A stretch of 30,196 nt of DNA from Patescibacteria group bacterium (GTDB taxonomy: Bacteria; Patescibacteriota; Minisyncoccia; Phycocordibacterales; JBBUBG01), in NCBI GenBank assembly GCA_040384765.1, contig JAZKIQ010000002.1, positions 16,877 to 47,072 of the forward strand. The letters run 5' to 3'. Position numbers and translations under genes: made by a program. Numbering within the stretch: position 1 is the first letter of the stretch; every line of letters starts with the position of its first letter. The notes below the pieces were generated by a model. The model saw nothing but the letters and a program-made list of their open reading frames with translations, did no database searches and had not been told where the DNA came from. This document shows positions 8,635-16,736 of the stretch, piece after piece.

Positions 8635-9477
8635 CTACCCGCGGCGGAGCTCACCCATCGATTCTCTGATAAGTCCCTTTATCTCCATCATGGCGAGTAT
8701 GCCGTTTGCTTCGGAGATAGGGAGTGCAAGCTCTTCGAGGACGAAATCTCGGGTCATGGGCACACTCAAAATCTCAAGCACCGTGTATTCGATCGGAAGG
8801 AGATTTTTGAGAGGGAGAGTTGTTTGTGTTTCTGGAAGAAGATCGTACGCGCGAATGAGATCGTCTGCAGAGGTGATTGGTGCTGCGCCTTGCGAGAGGA
8901 GCCGGTGAGGTCCGATGGAATTTTCAGAAAAGATCGAGCCGGGAAGCGCAAATACGTCGCGATTGTAGTCGAGGGCAAGGCGAGCGGTGATAAGGGTGCC
9001 TGATTTTTCGGAGGCTTCGATGATCACCACACCGCGGCAGAGCCCGGCCATGATTCTATTTCGCTGCGGAAAGCTCCAGGGGGTCGCCCGAAATGTCGGC
9101 TCGAACTCAGAAAGGAGCGCGCCGCCGCTTTGCACGATCTCGCGGGCGAGCTCTCGATTTTGGCTCGGGTAGATCACCTTTGGATCTATCCCTGAGCCGG
9201 GTACGGCGATGGTGGGCAGTTTTGTGCGCAGTGCCGCTCGGTGGGCGACAGAGTCTGCGCCTATCGCAAGGCCCGAGACGATTACAAAAGGGTATCCCGC
9301 AAGACCCGCAATGATCTTTTCGCACGCCTCTTTCCCGTAACTTGAAATCCTGCGGGAACCTACAAACGATACATATATATGGGTATCGGGGTCGGGAAGG
9401 GCACCCTCTATATACAGCTTCACCGGCGGCTGGGGAATTTCGCGGAGCGCTGGCGGGATCTCGGAGAGGAGTTTCAT
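8635..9477 (-). CDS. dprA: DNA-processing protein DprA
   Basis: VGSR, IVSGLAIGADSVAH, FPQRNRIMAGL, EASEKSGTLITA, ALPGSIF and a C-terminal winged helix; conserved dprA-topA neighbourhood. Confidence 0.96.
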   Translation of the reverse strand: MKLLSEIPPALREIPQPPVKLYIEGALPDPDTHIYVSFVGSRRISSYGKEACEKIIAGLAGYPFVIVSGLAIGADSVAHRAALRTKLPTIAVPGSGIDPKVIYPSQNRELAREIVQSGGALLSEFEPTFRATPWSFPQRNRIMAGLCRGVVIIEASEKSGTLITARLALDYNRDVFALPGSIFSENSIGPHRLLSQGAAPITSADDLIRAYDLLPETQTTLPLKNLLPIEYTVLEILSVPMTRDFVLEELALPISEANGILAMMEIKGLIRESMGELRRG

Positions 9478-9517
9478 CCCCCTATTTTAACACTAGAAGG
9501 GAGGGTAGAATCTATGG

Positions 9518-9545
9518 TTGACTTTTAATAAAAGAGTGTTATAAT
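9518..9545 (+). promoter_or_regulatory. Sigma70-type promoter
   Basis: TTGACT-16 nt-(TGt)TATAAT, same layout as 4877-4904. Confidence 0.7.
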
Positions 9546-9606
9546 ACAAAAGGCTAGTTACTCTCCAGTGTGCTCTGATCGGCCAATGGCCGAAGGGAAG
9601 CTCATC

Positions 9607-10293
9607 ATGGCAAATGCAAGGGTTCGCCTCGAAGACAGTGCCTATCAGCAGCAGAAGCCGGTGACCGGCATCGAGCCGATCATCGAGGAGCTGCTCGTGG
9701 AGGCGGGGATTGGCGATGAAACATTTTCCGTCACCGTGACGGAAGGGACCAAGGGCAGTCCCGCGCTCCAGCGCCGCCGTATCCGCCTTGTGGAGCCTCT
9801 TCACAACGGGATTCGGTTCAAGGTCCAGCCCGGTGACAACGACACCTCCCGAAAGTGCATCCTTGCTCTCGAGAGGAAGCGCGTGGATGACCTCTTCTCC
9901 CGACTGGCGAAGGTGCTCTCCGATCGGGAGGGTGATGACGACGAGGACGATGCTCCTGCGAAGCCGGCCAACGGCGCAGAGCTGATCGCTGGCATCGCCG
10001 GCGCTCGGGCAGTGCTTCGCGCGCTCCGGGAGAAGTCGGACACGTTCAAGGCGGCCGAACACAAGCTCCTCGAGGCGACCTACGGCCATGACGGCCTCGT
10101 GAAGCAGAAGGCCGAGATCGAGGAGAAGCTCAGGGCCTTCATCGAGGCCACTGAAGCGCAGATCGGTGAGATCGACGAGAAGATCGCCGACAACGCTCGC
10201 CAGAAGATCGAAGCGGAGAAGGTCCTCTCCGACCCCGAGTACAAGGACTCGGTTGCTCAGTTCGAGTCCCTGAAGAAGGATCTCGGGCTGTAG
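9607..10293 (+). CDS. Hypothetical protein: N-terminal globular domain, acidic linker, C-terminal coiled coil
   Basis: ATG 9607 preceded by GAAGGGA; strong G/C third-position bias; DDDEDD linker; E/K/A-rich heptad-like tail; own promoter and terminator. Confidence 0.8.
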   Translation: MANARVRLEDSAYQQQKPVTGIEPIIEELLVEAGIGDETFSVTVTEGTKGSPALQRRRIRLVEPLHNGIRFKVQPGDNDTSRKCILALERKRVDDLFSRLAKVLSDREGDDDEDDAPAKPANGAELIAGIAGARAVLRALREKSDTFKAAEHKLLEATYGHDGLVKQKAEIEEKLRAFIEATEAQIGEIDEKIADNARQKIEAEKVLSDPEYKDSVAQFESLKKDLGL

Positions 10294-10320
10294 CAGTCAG
10301 GCCGATCAGGTAGTTTTACG

Positions 10321-10353
10321 CCAGCGTCTCACATGGACGCTGGTTTTCTTTTT
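10321..10353 (+). terminator. Intrinsic terminator
   Basis: CCAGCGTC-TCACATG-GACGCTGG followed by TTTTCTTTTT. Confidence 0.8.
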
Positions 10354-10367
10354 CATCAAAGGAGTTG

Positions 10368-10399
10368 AGCCCGTTAGAGTATGCATACTCTAACGGGCT
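10368..10399. repeat. Perfect 32-bp palindrome abutting the -35 box (operator or REP-like)
   Basis: AGCCCGTTAGAGTATG|CATACTCTAACGGGCT. Confidence 0.8.
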
Positions 10400-10427
10400 T
10401 GACATTTTCTAAATTAAATGCTATACA
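10399..10427 (+). promoter_or_regulatory. Sigma70-type promoter for the leader + DGQHR gene
   Basis: TTGACA-17 nt-(TGc)TATACA; predicted start site near 10433-10434. Confidence 0.7.
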
Positions 10428-10432
10428 GTATA

Positions 10433-10620
10433 GGACGGAGCGTCACTTGGTTTGGATTTGTGGTACGTCAATGGGATTTCCATAATCTCGACGTGAAATG
10501 GGCTTTTACGGCCATTTAGGTTACTCCGAAAGGAAGCCCACCCGATCCACTTCTTTTGGCCTCTGTCACCTGTACCCTCACATTCCCAGACGTGCTCTTA
10601 CTTGGAGGTAAGGCATTCGT
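10433..10620 (+). ncRNA. Putative structured 5' leader / cis-regulatory RNA
   Basis: Nested helices found by eye: TGGAT/ATCCA and GTGG/CCAC close three hairpins (TACGTC..GACGTG, AAATGG..CCATTT, TCC-GAAA-GGA). An alternative hairpin overlaps SD GGAGGT. Not matched to a family I recognise. Confidence 0.5.
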
Positions 10621-11628
10621 ATGGAAAAAATCACTGGTGTTAACGTCGCGCTTCAGCGCGACGAGCGGATCTACTCATTCGTGCTGACGGGCGACCAGGT
10701 GCTCCAGCTCTGCCGCGTCGAGCGCTTCGGCGAAGACGTGGAGGGGGTGAATCGCCAGTTCGACCAGAAGCACGCGGAGGAGATCATGGCCGCGATGGCC
10801 AACGGCAAGAGCCTCTGGCTCGAGCCGATCCTCGGCGACCTCCGCTCCGGCTGGAAGTACAAGGACGGTGAGCTCCGCTACGATGAAGACGACTACATCT
10901 CCATCGACGACGGGCAGCACCGCTGGGGCGCGCTCAAGATGTTGAACGCGGAGGAGAGGGATCACCTCTCGTTCACGATCAACGCGACCATGAACCTGAG
11001 CTTCAACCAGCGGCTCGAGATCTTCCGGATGCAGATGCACCGGAAGCAGATCGACGCCCGGCTCGACCTCGCCCAGCGGCACAAGCTCGGCGACTGGAAG
11101 TCGCCGATCGATCGCGAAGCGTACGAGCTGGTGCTCAAGCTCCAGTCGGATCAGGCCTCGCCCCTGCGCGGCAAGATCCTGCTCAACGAGCAGGTGAAGC
11201 GCCCGTACGAAGCGCGGCACCGCCCCACTGGCATCAACGCCAAGGGGATGGTGGTCACGCTGCGGTCCGTGCTCGGAGGGAGGAGCCCGCTCCACGTGCT
11301 CTCCGCCGACCGGCGTGCGCAGGTCGTCATCACGATGATCAGCCTCGCGGCTGACATCTGGCCGAACGCCTGGGAGTCGGATCAGCACGTGCTGACGACG
11401 GCTCGGGGGATCAACGCGATCCTCTCGCTCCTCCTCTCTTCGCCCAACTTCAGGGCGCAGGTCGGCAACGACTTCACCCAGGAGTCGCTGCGGAAGGGGC
11501 TGCAGCTCGCGAAGAGCTTCCAGTGGAGCGTGACGAAGAACAAGAACGACGGCGTCAATAAGATCGTCGATCGCCTCGACCAGGCGATCGGCCGCAACCA
11601 CCAGGCAGCGGCTCGCGACGCAGCGTAA
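10621..11628 (+). CDS. DGQHR domain protein (DndB-like, ParB/Srx fold)
   Basis: ISIDDGQHRWGAL motif preceded by GVNRQFD (the typical xQR/NR motif); SD GGAGGT; strong codon bias. Confidence 0.88.
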   Translation: MEKITGVNVALQRDERIYSFVLTGDQVLQLCRVERFGEDVEGVNRQFDQKHAEEIMAAMANGKSLWLEPILGDLRSGWKYKDGELRYDEDDYISIDDGQHRWGALKMLNAEERDHLSFTINATMNLSFNQRLEIFRMQMHRKQIDARLDLAQRHKLGDWKSPIDREAYELVLKLQSDQASPLRGKILLNEQVKRPYEARHRPTGINAKGMVVTLRSVLGGRSPLHVLSADRRAQVVITMISLAADIWPNAWESDQHVLTTARGINAILSLLLSSPNFRAQVGNDFTQESLRKGLQLAKSFQWSVTKNKNDGVNKIVDRLDQAIGRNHQAAARDAA

Positions 11629-11655
11629 TAGTACGTAGCGCGCGGACGGTCATCG

Positions 11656-11689
11656 GCGGGACTAGATATCTAGTCCCGCTTTTTCTTTT
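11656..11689 (+). terminator. Intrinsic terminator
   Basis: GCGGGACTAGAT|ATCTAGTCCCGC followed by TTTTTCTTTT. Confidence 0.8.
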
Positions 11690-11751
11690 GCCAATATTCG
11701 AGATTCCATTTTTGAGTGCTCCCTGCTAGACTGAAAAAACAATACATTTCC

Positions 11752-13020
11752 ATGCTCGATATAAAGTTTATCCGTGAAAATCCGGATCTGATCAAAGAGG
11801 CAGCTCGAAAGAAGAAGGTCGACTTCAATGTTGATGCTCTTCTCGAGCTCGATGCGAAGCGGCTTGCGCTCCTTCAGGAGATCGAAGGGATGCGTACGGA
11901 GCAGAACAAGGTGTCGGACGAGATCTCAAAGACCGGCTCTGCTGGTGCGCGTGTCGGTATTATTGAGGAGATGCGCAAGCTCAAGGAGAAAATGTCTGGC
12001 AAAGAGGACGAGCACAAGGAGATCATGAAGGAGTGGAAGCTCGCTATGCTTGCGGTGCCAAACGTACCCGACATGTCGGTGCCCGAGGGCGAGTCTGATA
12101 AGGACAACCAAGAGGTGCGCCGATGGGGCGAGCCGACGAACTTTTCGTTTGCACCCAAAAGCCATGTTGAGCTTATGACCGCTCTCGGCATGCTCGATCT
12201 TGAGCGCGGGACAAAAGTTGCAGGCTTCCGTGGCTACTTTTTGAAAGGAGACGGTGCGCGCCTTCAGTTTGCGCTCTGGCGCTTCGTGCAAGATTTCTTC
12301 GCAAAGAAACAGGATTTTATTCCGATGATCGTGCCATCACTTTTGCGCAAGGAGCTTTTGCTCGGGACCGGCTACCTACCTCAGGGGGAAGAGGATCTCT
12401 ACAAAACCCAAGATGGAGAGTATCTCTCGGGTACGGCGGAGGTGGCTACGATGGGCTATTACATGGACGAGGTGATTGAGAAAAAAGATCTGCCGATAAA
12501 GTTTCTCTCTTTCTCAGATGCTTTTCGTCGCGAGGCAGGTAGCCACGGTAAAGATACCAAAGGTATCCTTCGCGTGCATGAGTTTTATAAATACGAGCAG
12601 GTGGTGCTGTGTGAGGCGTCGCATACGGAGTCGGTAAAGCTTCACGAGGAGCTCGAGCGCAATGCAGAGGAGATTACCGAGGCGCTTGGGTTGCCGTATC
12701 ATGTGGTGGCAAACTGTGGTGGCGATCTCGGGCTTGGCCAGGTGAAAAAGTACGATATCGAAGTGTGGCTGCCCTCGGAAAATACGTATCGTGAGACAGG
12801 CTCCGCAAGCTACTTTCACGATTTTCAGACTCGTAGGCTTAATATCCGCTACCGCGACGACGACGGCAAGCTCAAGTTTGTCCACTCGCTCAACAACACG
12901 GCGCTTTCAGGCCGGCCGCTTGTTGCTATTGTCGAGAACTACCAGGAAGAGGACGGCTCTATCCGTATCCCGCCAGTACTCGTGCCCTACTTTGGAAAGG
13001 AGAAGATTGTTAAATCTTAG
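11752..13020 (+). CDS. serS: Serine--tRNA ligase
   Basis: MLDIKFIREN start, N-terminal coiled arm, GTAE, FRREAGSHGKDTKGILRVHEF (motif 2), KKYDIEVW, VHSLNNT, ENYQ. Confidence 0.97.
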   Translation: MLDIKFIRENPDLIKEAARKKKVDFNVDALLELDAKRLALLQEIEGMRTEQNKVSDEISKTGSAGARVGIIEEMRKLKEKMSGKEDEHKEIMKEWKLAMLAVPNVPDMSVPEGESDKDNQEVRRWGEPTNFSFAPKSHVELMTALGMLDLERGTKVAGFRGYFLKGDGARLQFALWRFVQDFFAKKQDFIPMIVPSLLRKELLLGTGYLPQGEEDLYKTQDGEYLSGTAEVATMGYYMDEVIEKKDLPIKFLSFSDAFRREAGSHGKDTKGILRVHEFYKYEQVVLCEASHTESVKLHEELERNAEEITEALGLPYHVVANCGGDLGLGQVKKYDIEVWLPSENTYRETGSASYFHDFQTRRLNIRYRDDDGKLKFVHSLNNTALSGRPLVAIVENYQEEDGSIRIPPVLVPYFGKEKIVKS

Positions 13021-13047
13021 AGAGATTTAACGTGATATTCTGAGGGG

Positions 13048-13959
13048 GTGACAGAAACATCTCATCACAGGAAGAAAGAGCTTTTTTCCCAGGGACCGCG
13101 TACTGCAAGGGAGGATCGGCGGCCCCCGCTCTCCTTTTCGTACAAAATTTTGATCTGGTGCGCGCTTGCCGCTTCTTTCGTGCTCGGACTTTCATTTCTA
13201 GCACGCGCCGAAGGGCTACAGCTCACCGGTGTCCTCGTGCGCGGGAACAGCATCGTGCCCTCCGAAGAGGTTGCCCAGGTGGCCGAAGGGCACCTCGAAG
13301 GCTTTTACGGATATCTTTTCCCGCGCAGAAACTCTTTTTTGTACCCCAGGGAGTCGATGAGAGAAGATCTTCTTTCTCGCTTTTCCCGCTTTCTTTCGGT
13401 GTCGATCGAGAAAGATGACAAAAGAAATCTGGTTATCGACGTAGTAGAACGCAACTTGGCGTACCTCCTCTGTGATGGTGAGGGTTTTACCGCTCCTTGC
13501 TACGGCGTAGATCGTACAGGATACATATTTGACTCTGCGCCAGAGTTTTCGGGAGGGATTATCTTTGCCCTCAAAGACGAGCGTTCGCTCCTCGCCGCCA
13601 CTTCTACCCCCGTGGGCAGAGTCGTGCTTCCCGAAGAGGAGCTTTCGCGGCTACTTGGTATTCGTGATGCCCTAAGAGAAACACTCCGTGCGCATGGAGC
13701 AGAGACGACAGCTCTCGGTGTTCGCATTACGCAAGACAGCGACTATGTTCTGGTGCTCGATACAGGGGAAGAGCACCTTGAGCTTTTGTTTGCCGAAGGG
13801 GACGCCGCGACCTTTGCCTCAGCGCTTGACCTTGTCCTTCTGACTCCCCAGTTCGAGCGAAAGCGCGTCTCTCTCGGGCTTGCTGCTCTGCGATCGATCG
13901 ACCTTCGCTTCGGCAAAAAAGTGTATTATACGTTTGCTTCGACTACGCCGACAGAGTAG
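13048..13959 (+). CDS. FtsQ/DivIB-like cell division protein (TM + POTRA)
   Basis: Basic N-tail, single TM, 'LQLTGVLVRGN' POTRA start, 'LVIDVVER' and C-terminal 'IDLRFGKKVYY'. Confidence 0.75.
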   Translation: MTETSHHRKKELFSQGPRTAREDRRPPLSFSYKILIWCALAASFVLGLSFLARAEGLQLTGVLVRGNSIVPSEEVAQVAEGHLEGFYGYLFPRRNSFLYPRESMREDLLSRFSRFLSVSIEKDDKRNLVIDVVERNLAYLLCDGEGFTAPCYGVDRTGYIFDSAPEFSGGIIFALKDERSLLAATSTPVGRVVLPEEELSRLLGIRDALRETLRAHGAETTALGVRITQDSDYVLVLDTGEEHLELLFAEGDAATFASALDLVLLTPQFERKRVSLGLAALRSIDLRFGKKVYYTFASTTPTE

Positions 13960-13970
13960 GTATCTTTTCT

Positions 13971-16175
13971 ATGCGCCACGTTAGTACATATTCAAAACAG
14001 GCTGCGTTTGTCATTCTTTCATTCCTCTTCGGAGTGGGCTTTATCGCTGGACTTTTTTTTATCGTAAAAGGCCAGATGCCTGACCCGTTTCTCCCTTTGG
14101 TGCGGCTTTTTGATCGCGGCGCTTTTTCTCAAACAATTGCCCGCAGTGGGGACAACTCGATTGTCGTTGACCTCGAGACGAAAGAGATCCTTATTTTTGA
14201 AAAAGGTGTCCGCACGACGGCGCTCCCTATCCTCTCTCTTCCGCCAAAGGGCTCCACGTGGGAGCTTTCTCGAGGCACCTTTGAGATCGAGACGCGCGAG
14301 GAGCTCCACCGCTCAGCGCTCGCAAAAGGAACGTTTCCCTACGCTGTCTCTTTTGGGGGCAATATGTTTGCGCACGGTCCTCGATCTGCAGATGAAAAGA
14401 ATCGTGGAGTAGGTGGAGTCGAGCTCTCTCTCCCCGACGCGAAGAAGCTTTTTTCTTATGGCACTGTGGGGATGCCGGTGCGGATTATCGGCGACGGCAA
14501 GCTAGCAGCTTCGTCTCTTGGTGGTGCGCTCCTCTCTCCAAAGAAAGCGTTTGCAGAGACACTCCCAGCGGTTTTGCCAAAGGACGAGCTCCTTGCTGAT
14601 GCCTACCTTATCGGCGACCTCGATACCGGTGCCATTATTATGAGTGAGCATGCTACGGCCATTCGCCCGATGGCATCAGTCTCGAAGCTCTTTACGGGGC
14701 TTGTTGCTGAGGACGTACTTGCGAGCTCCACGCCTCAGGACTCGCGTACGTTTGGGCTCTCGTACAAAGAGCTCCTCTATCCGCTTTTCCTTCAGTCGAG
14801 CAATGTTGCCGCAGATGAGCTAGCTCGGCTCGGTGGCGGCAAGAAGTTTATGGAAGCGGTCAACAAAAAAGCGAAAGATCTTGGACTCACACACACCGCT
14901 CTTGCTGACCCAAGCGGCCTTTCTCCTAAAAATGTATCGACGGCAGAGGATCTCTTCGTGCTCGCTCAGGAGCTGTACAAACATCATCCAGATATTCTTG
15001 CACTCTCAAAGCTTCCGAAGTATGGAGGGTATCAGAATAACAACTTTTTTGTACGCACGGCCGACCCGCGCTATATCGGTGGCAAGATCGGCTACACGCC
15101 AGAGGCAGGTCAGACCTGGGTCGCTTTCTTCGAGCTTCCCCTTTCTGAGTTTAAGAGCAAACATCTTGCATTGATCCTTCTTCGTAGCCCCAACCGCTTG
15201 CGAGACGCGAAAAGTGCGCTCTCTCGCATTGAAGACGCGCTGTATGGAAAAGAGGGGGAGGGTGCGCTCCTAGCTGGCTCGATTGTGCATCCGGAAGTCG
15301 CTCGGGCCAAAGAGACTACGCTTCTTTTCGTTGGAGATATCATGCTCGACCGTGGCGTGAAGGCGTCGGTACAAAAAAATTGCGCTGGCGACTACACCTG
15401 TCTTTTTCGCGATGCGGGTTTTCTCAAAGCAGCTGACATTACCTTTGGCAACCTCGAAGGGCCGGCCTCTGACAAAGGGTACGATCTAAAAAATCTCTAT
15501 TCGTTTCGTATGGATCCGGCTGTGCTGCCGGTGTTGCGCTCGGCCGGGTTCGACGCACTTTCGGTGGCGAACAACCATGCGGGAGATTGGGGAAGGCCCG
15601 CCTTCGAGGATACGCTTGCCCGTCTCCGGGAAGCTGGAATCAGCGCGGTGGGTGGCGGACTATCGGGAAGCGAGGCGCGTGAGGTGCAGATTATCGAGAA
15701 AAACGGTTTGCGGTTCGGCTTCCTTGGATTTAGCGATGTTGGCCCAAAATGGCTTACTGAGCCAGAAGACATATCTACTATCCTCCCTGCCTCGCATCCG
15801 CGCTACAAAGAGATCATCAAAACTGCCAAGTCAAAAACCGATGTTTTGATTGTGTCGTTTCACTGGGGAGAGGAGTATAAAGATCTCCCTACCGACCGCC
15901 AGCGGATGCTCGCGCATGCGGCAGTAGATGCAGGTGCGGATATTGTGGTGGGGCATCACCCGCATACACGCGAGCCAATAGAGCGATATGGCAATGCGAT
16001 CATAGACTACTCTCTCGGCAATTTTATATTCGATCAGGATTTTTCGGACAAGACGACGGAAGGGGGTGTGCTCGCGATCACTCTTTCAGGTACGACTACT
16101 GTGGATGTATCTGAGCATATTTCTCGGCAAAATGAGTATTTTGTCCCATCTCTTACCGAAGACTACGAGTTCTAG
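13971..16175 (+). CDS. Membrane-anchored fusion: L,D-transpeptidase-like + peptidase S11 (DD-carboxypeptidase) + CapA/PGA_cap metallophosphoesterase
   Basis: YkuD-like IVVDLETKEI...FAHG; S11 motifs ASVSK (SxxK), SSN, KIG; CapA motifs GDIMLDR, NLEGP, ANNHAGD, HWGEEY, GHHPH, YSLGNFIFDQ. Confidence 0.85.
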   Translation: MRHVSTYSKQAAFVILSFLFGVGFIAGLFFIVKGQMPDPFLPLVRLFDRGAFSQTIARSGDNSIVVDLETKEILIFEKGVRTTALPILSLPPKGSTWELSRGTFEIETREELHRSALAKGTFPYAVSFGGNMFAHGPRSADEKNRGVGGVELSLPDAKKLFSYGTVGMPVRIIGDGKLAASSLGGALLSPKKAFAETLPAVLPKDELLADAYLIGDLDTGAIIMSEHATAIRPMASVSKLFTGLVAEDVLASSTPQDSRTFGLSYKELLYPLFLQSSNVAADELARLGGGKKFMEAVNKKAKDLGLTHTALADPSGLSPKNVSTAEDLFVLAQELYKHHPDILALSKLPKYGGYQNNNFFVRTADPRYIGGKIGYTPEAGQTWVAFFELPLSEFKSKHLALILLRSPNRLRDAKSALSRIEDALYGKEGEGALLAGSIVHPEVARAKETTLLFVGDIMLDRGVKASVQKNCAGDYTCLFRDAGFLKAADITFGNLEGPASDKGYDLKNLYSFRMDPAVLPVLRSAGFDALSVANNHAGDWGRPAFEDTLARLREAGISAVGGGLSGSEAREVQIIEKNGLRFGFLGFSDVGPKWLTEPEDISTILPASHPRYKEIIKTAKSKTDVLIVSFHWGEEYKDLPTDRQRMLAHAAVDAGADIVVGHHPHTREPIERYGNAIIDYSLGNFIFDQDFSDKTTEGGVLAITLSGTTTVDVSEHISRQNEYFVPSLTEDYEF

Positions 16176-16296
16176 AGCTTCCTGAGCCTCACCTCCTTCG
16201 TTGCCTTCGTCAGGAAAAACTTCAACGTACCCAATGTACGTCTCAGCTTTTCCTTCCTCGTCGTCTCGGATCTGAAGCCCAGGAAACTCTAGAACT
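16168..16296. mobile_element. MITE-like fold-back element with 24-bp imperfect terminal inverted repeats
   Basis: AGTTCTAGAGCTTCCTGAGCCTCA (16168-16191) versus TGAAGCCCAGGAAACTCTAGAACT (16273-16296), 21/24; CTAG at both ends; internal hairpin AGGAAAA..ACGTAC-CCAAT-GTACGT..TTTTCCT. Confidence 0.6.
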
Positions 16297-16322
16297 TGGA
16301 AGGAATTTGGTACACTAGGTAT

Positions 16323-16736
16323 ATGTTTCTGCCTATCGTGCTCGGTTCGCGATATCTTCTTTGGCACTATAGCGAAGGTGCTCGAGACCGTTTTCTCGCT
16401 GTGCGCGAAAGCTCTCGCGCCACACTCTCTTTTTTCTCGATACCGCTTCTTCTTACTACTTTTTTTGATCCGCTTTTACGGGAGCCCCCTCCAAAAGAGA
16501 CACAAGCCGCGCTTTCGGGCGTCGTAGGAGATGCTTCGTTCCTTTTCCTTCGAATCATCGGAGTAGCTCTGCGATCTGCAACGATCTCTATTGGTATCTG
16601 CACACTCTTTTTTGTGGTGATGCTTGAGCTTTTGTTTTCGGTCGTGTGGCTCTTCATTCCGATACTCCTCCCGCTCCTCTTTGTTCTCGCGATCCTCCTT
16701 CTCTTGTATGCCGGCCCTGCGGCTATATCACCATGA
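16323..16736 (+). CDS. Hypothetical membrane protein, coupled to the downstream Clp-like gene
   Basis: YLLWHY...FFSIPLLLTTFFDP...RIIG pattern, hydrophobic C-terminus; ATGA overlap with the next gene. Confidence 0.75.
   Translation: MFLPIVLGSRYLLWHYSEGARDRFLAVRESSRATLSFFSIPLLLTTFFDPLLREPPPKETQAALSGVVGDASFLFLRIIGVALRSATISIGICTLFFVVMLELLFSVVWLFIPILLPLLFVLAILLLLYAGPAAISP

Noticed and set aside
10433-10620. Known riboswitch (c-di-GMP, TPP, SAM, T-box) or retron msr-msd
   Set aside because: I could not find the signature sequences of these classes by eye, and there is no reverse transcriptase in the window. An Rfam scan is still needed.
10675-11601. 308-aa antisense ORF over the DGQHR gene (similarly 9493..10089 and 4860..5489)
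   Set aside because: Shadow ORFs expected from strong G/C third-position bias; no motifs or translation signals, while the opposite strand has promoter, SD, motifs and terminator.
10621-11628. Complete DNA phosphorothioation (dnd) system
   Set aside because: No dndA/C/D/E, ssp, pbe or dpd genes nearby; the DGQHR gene is monocistronic here.
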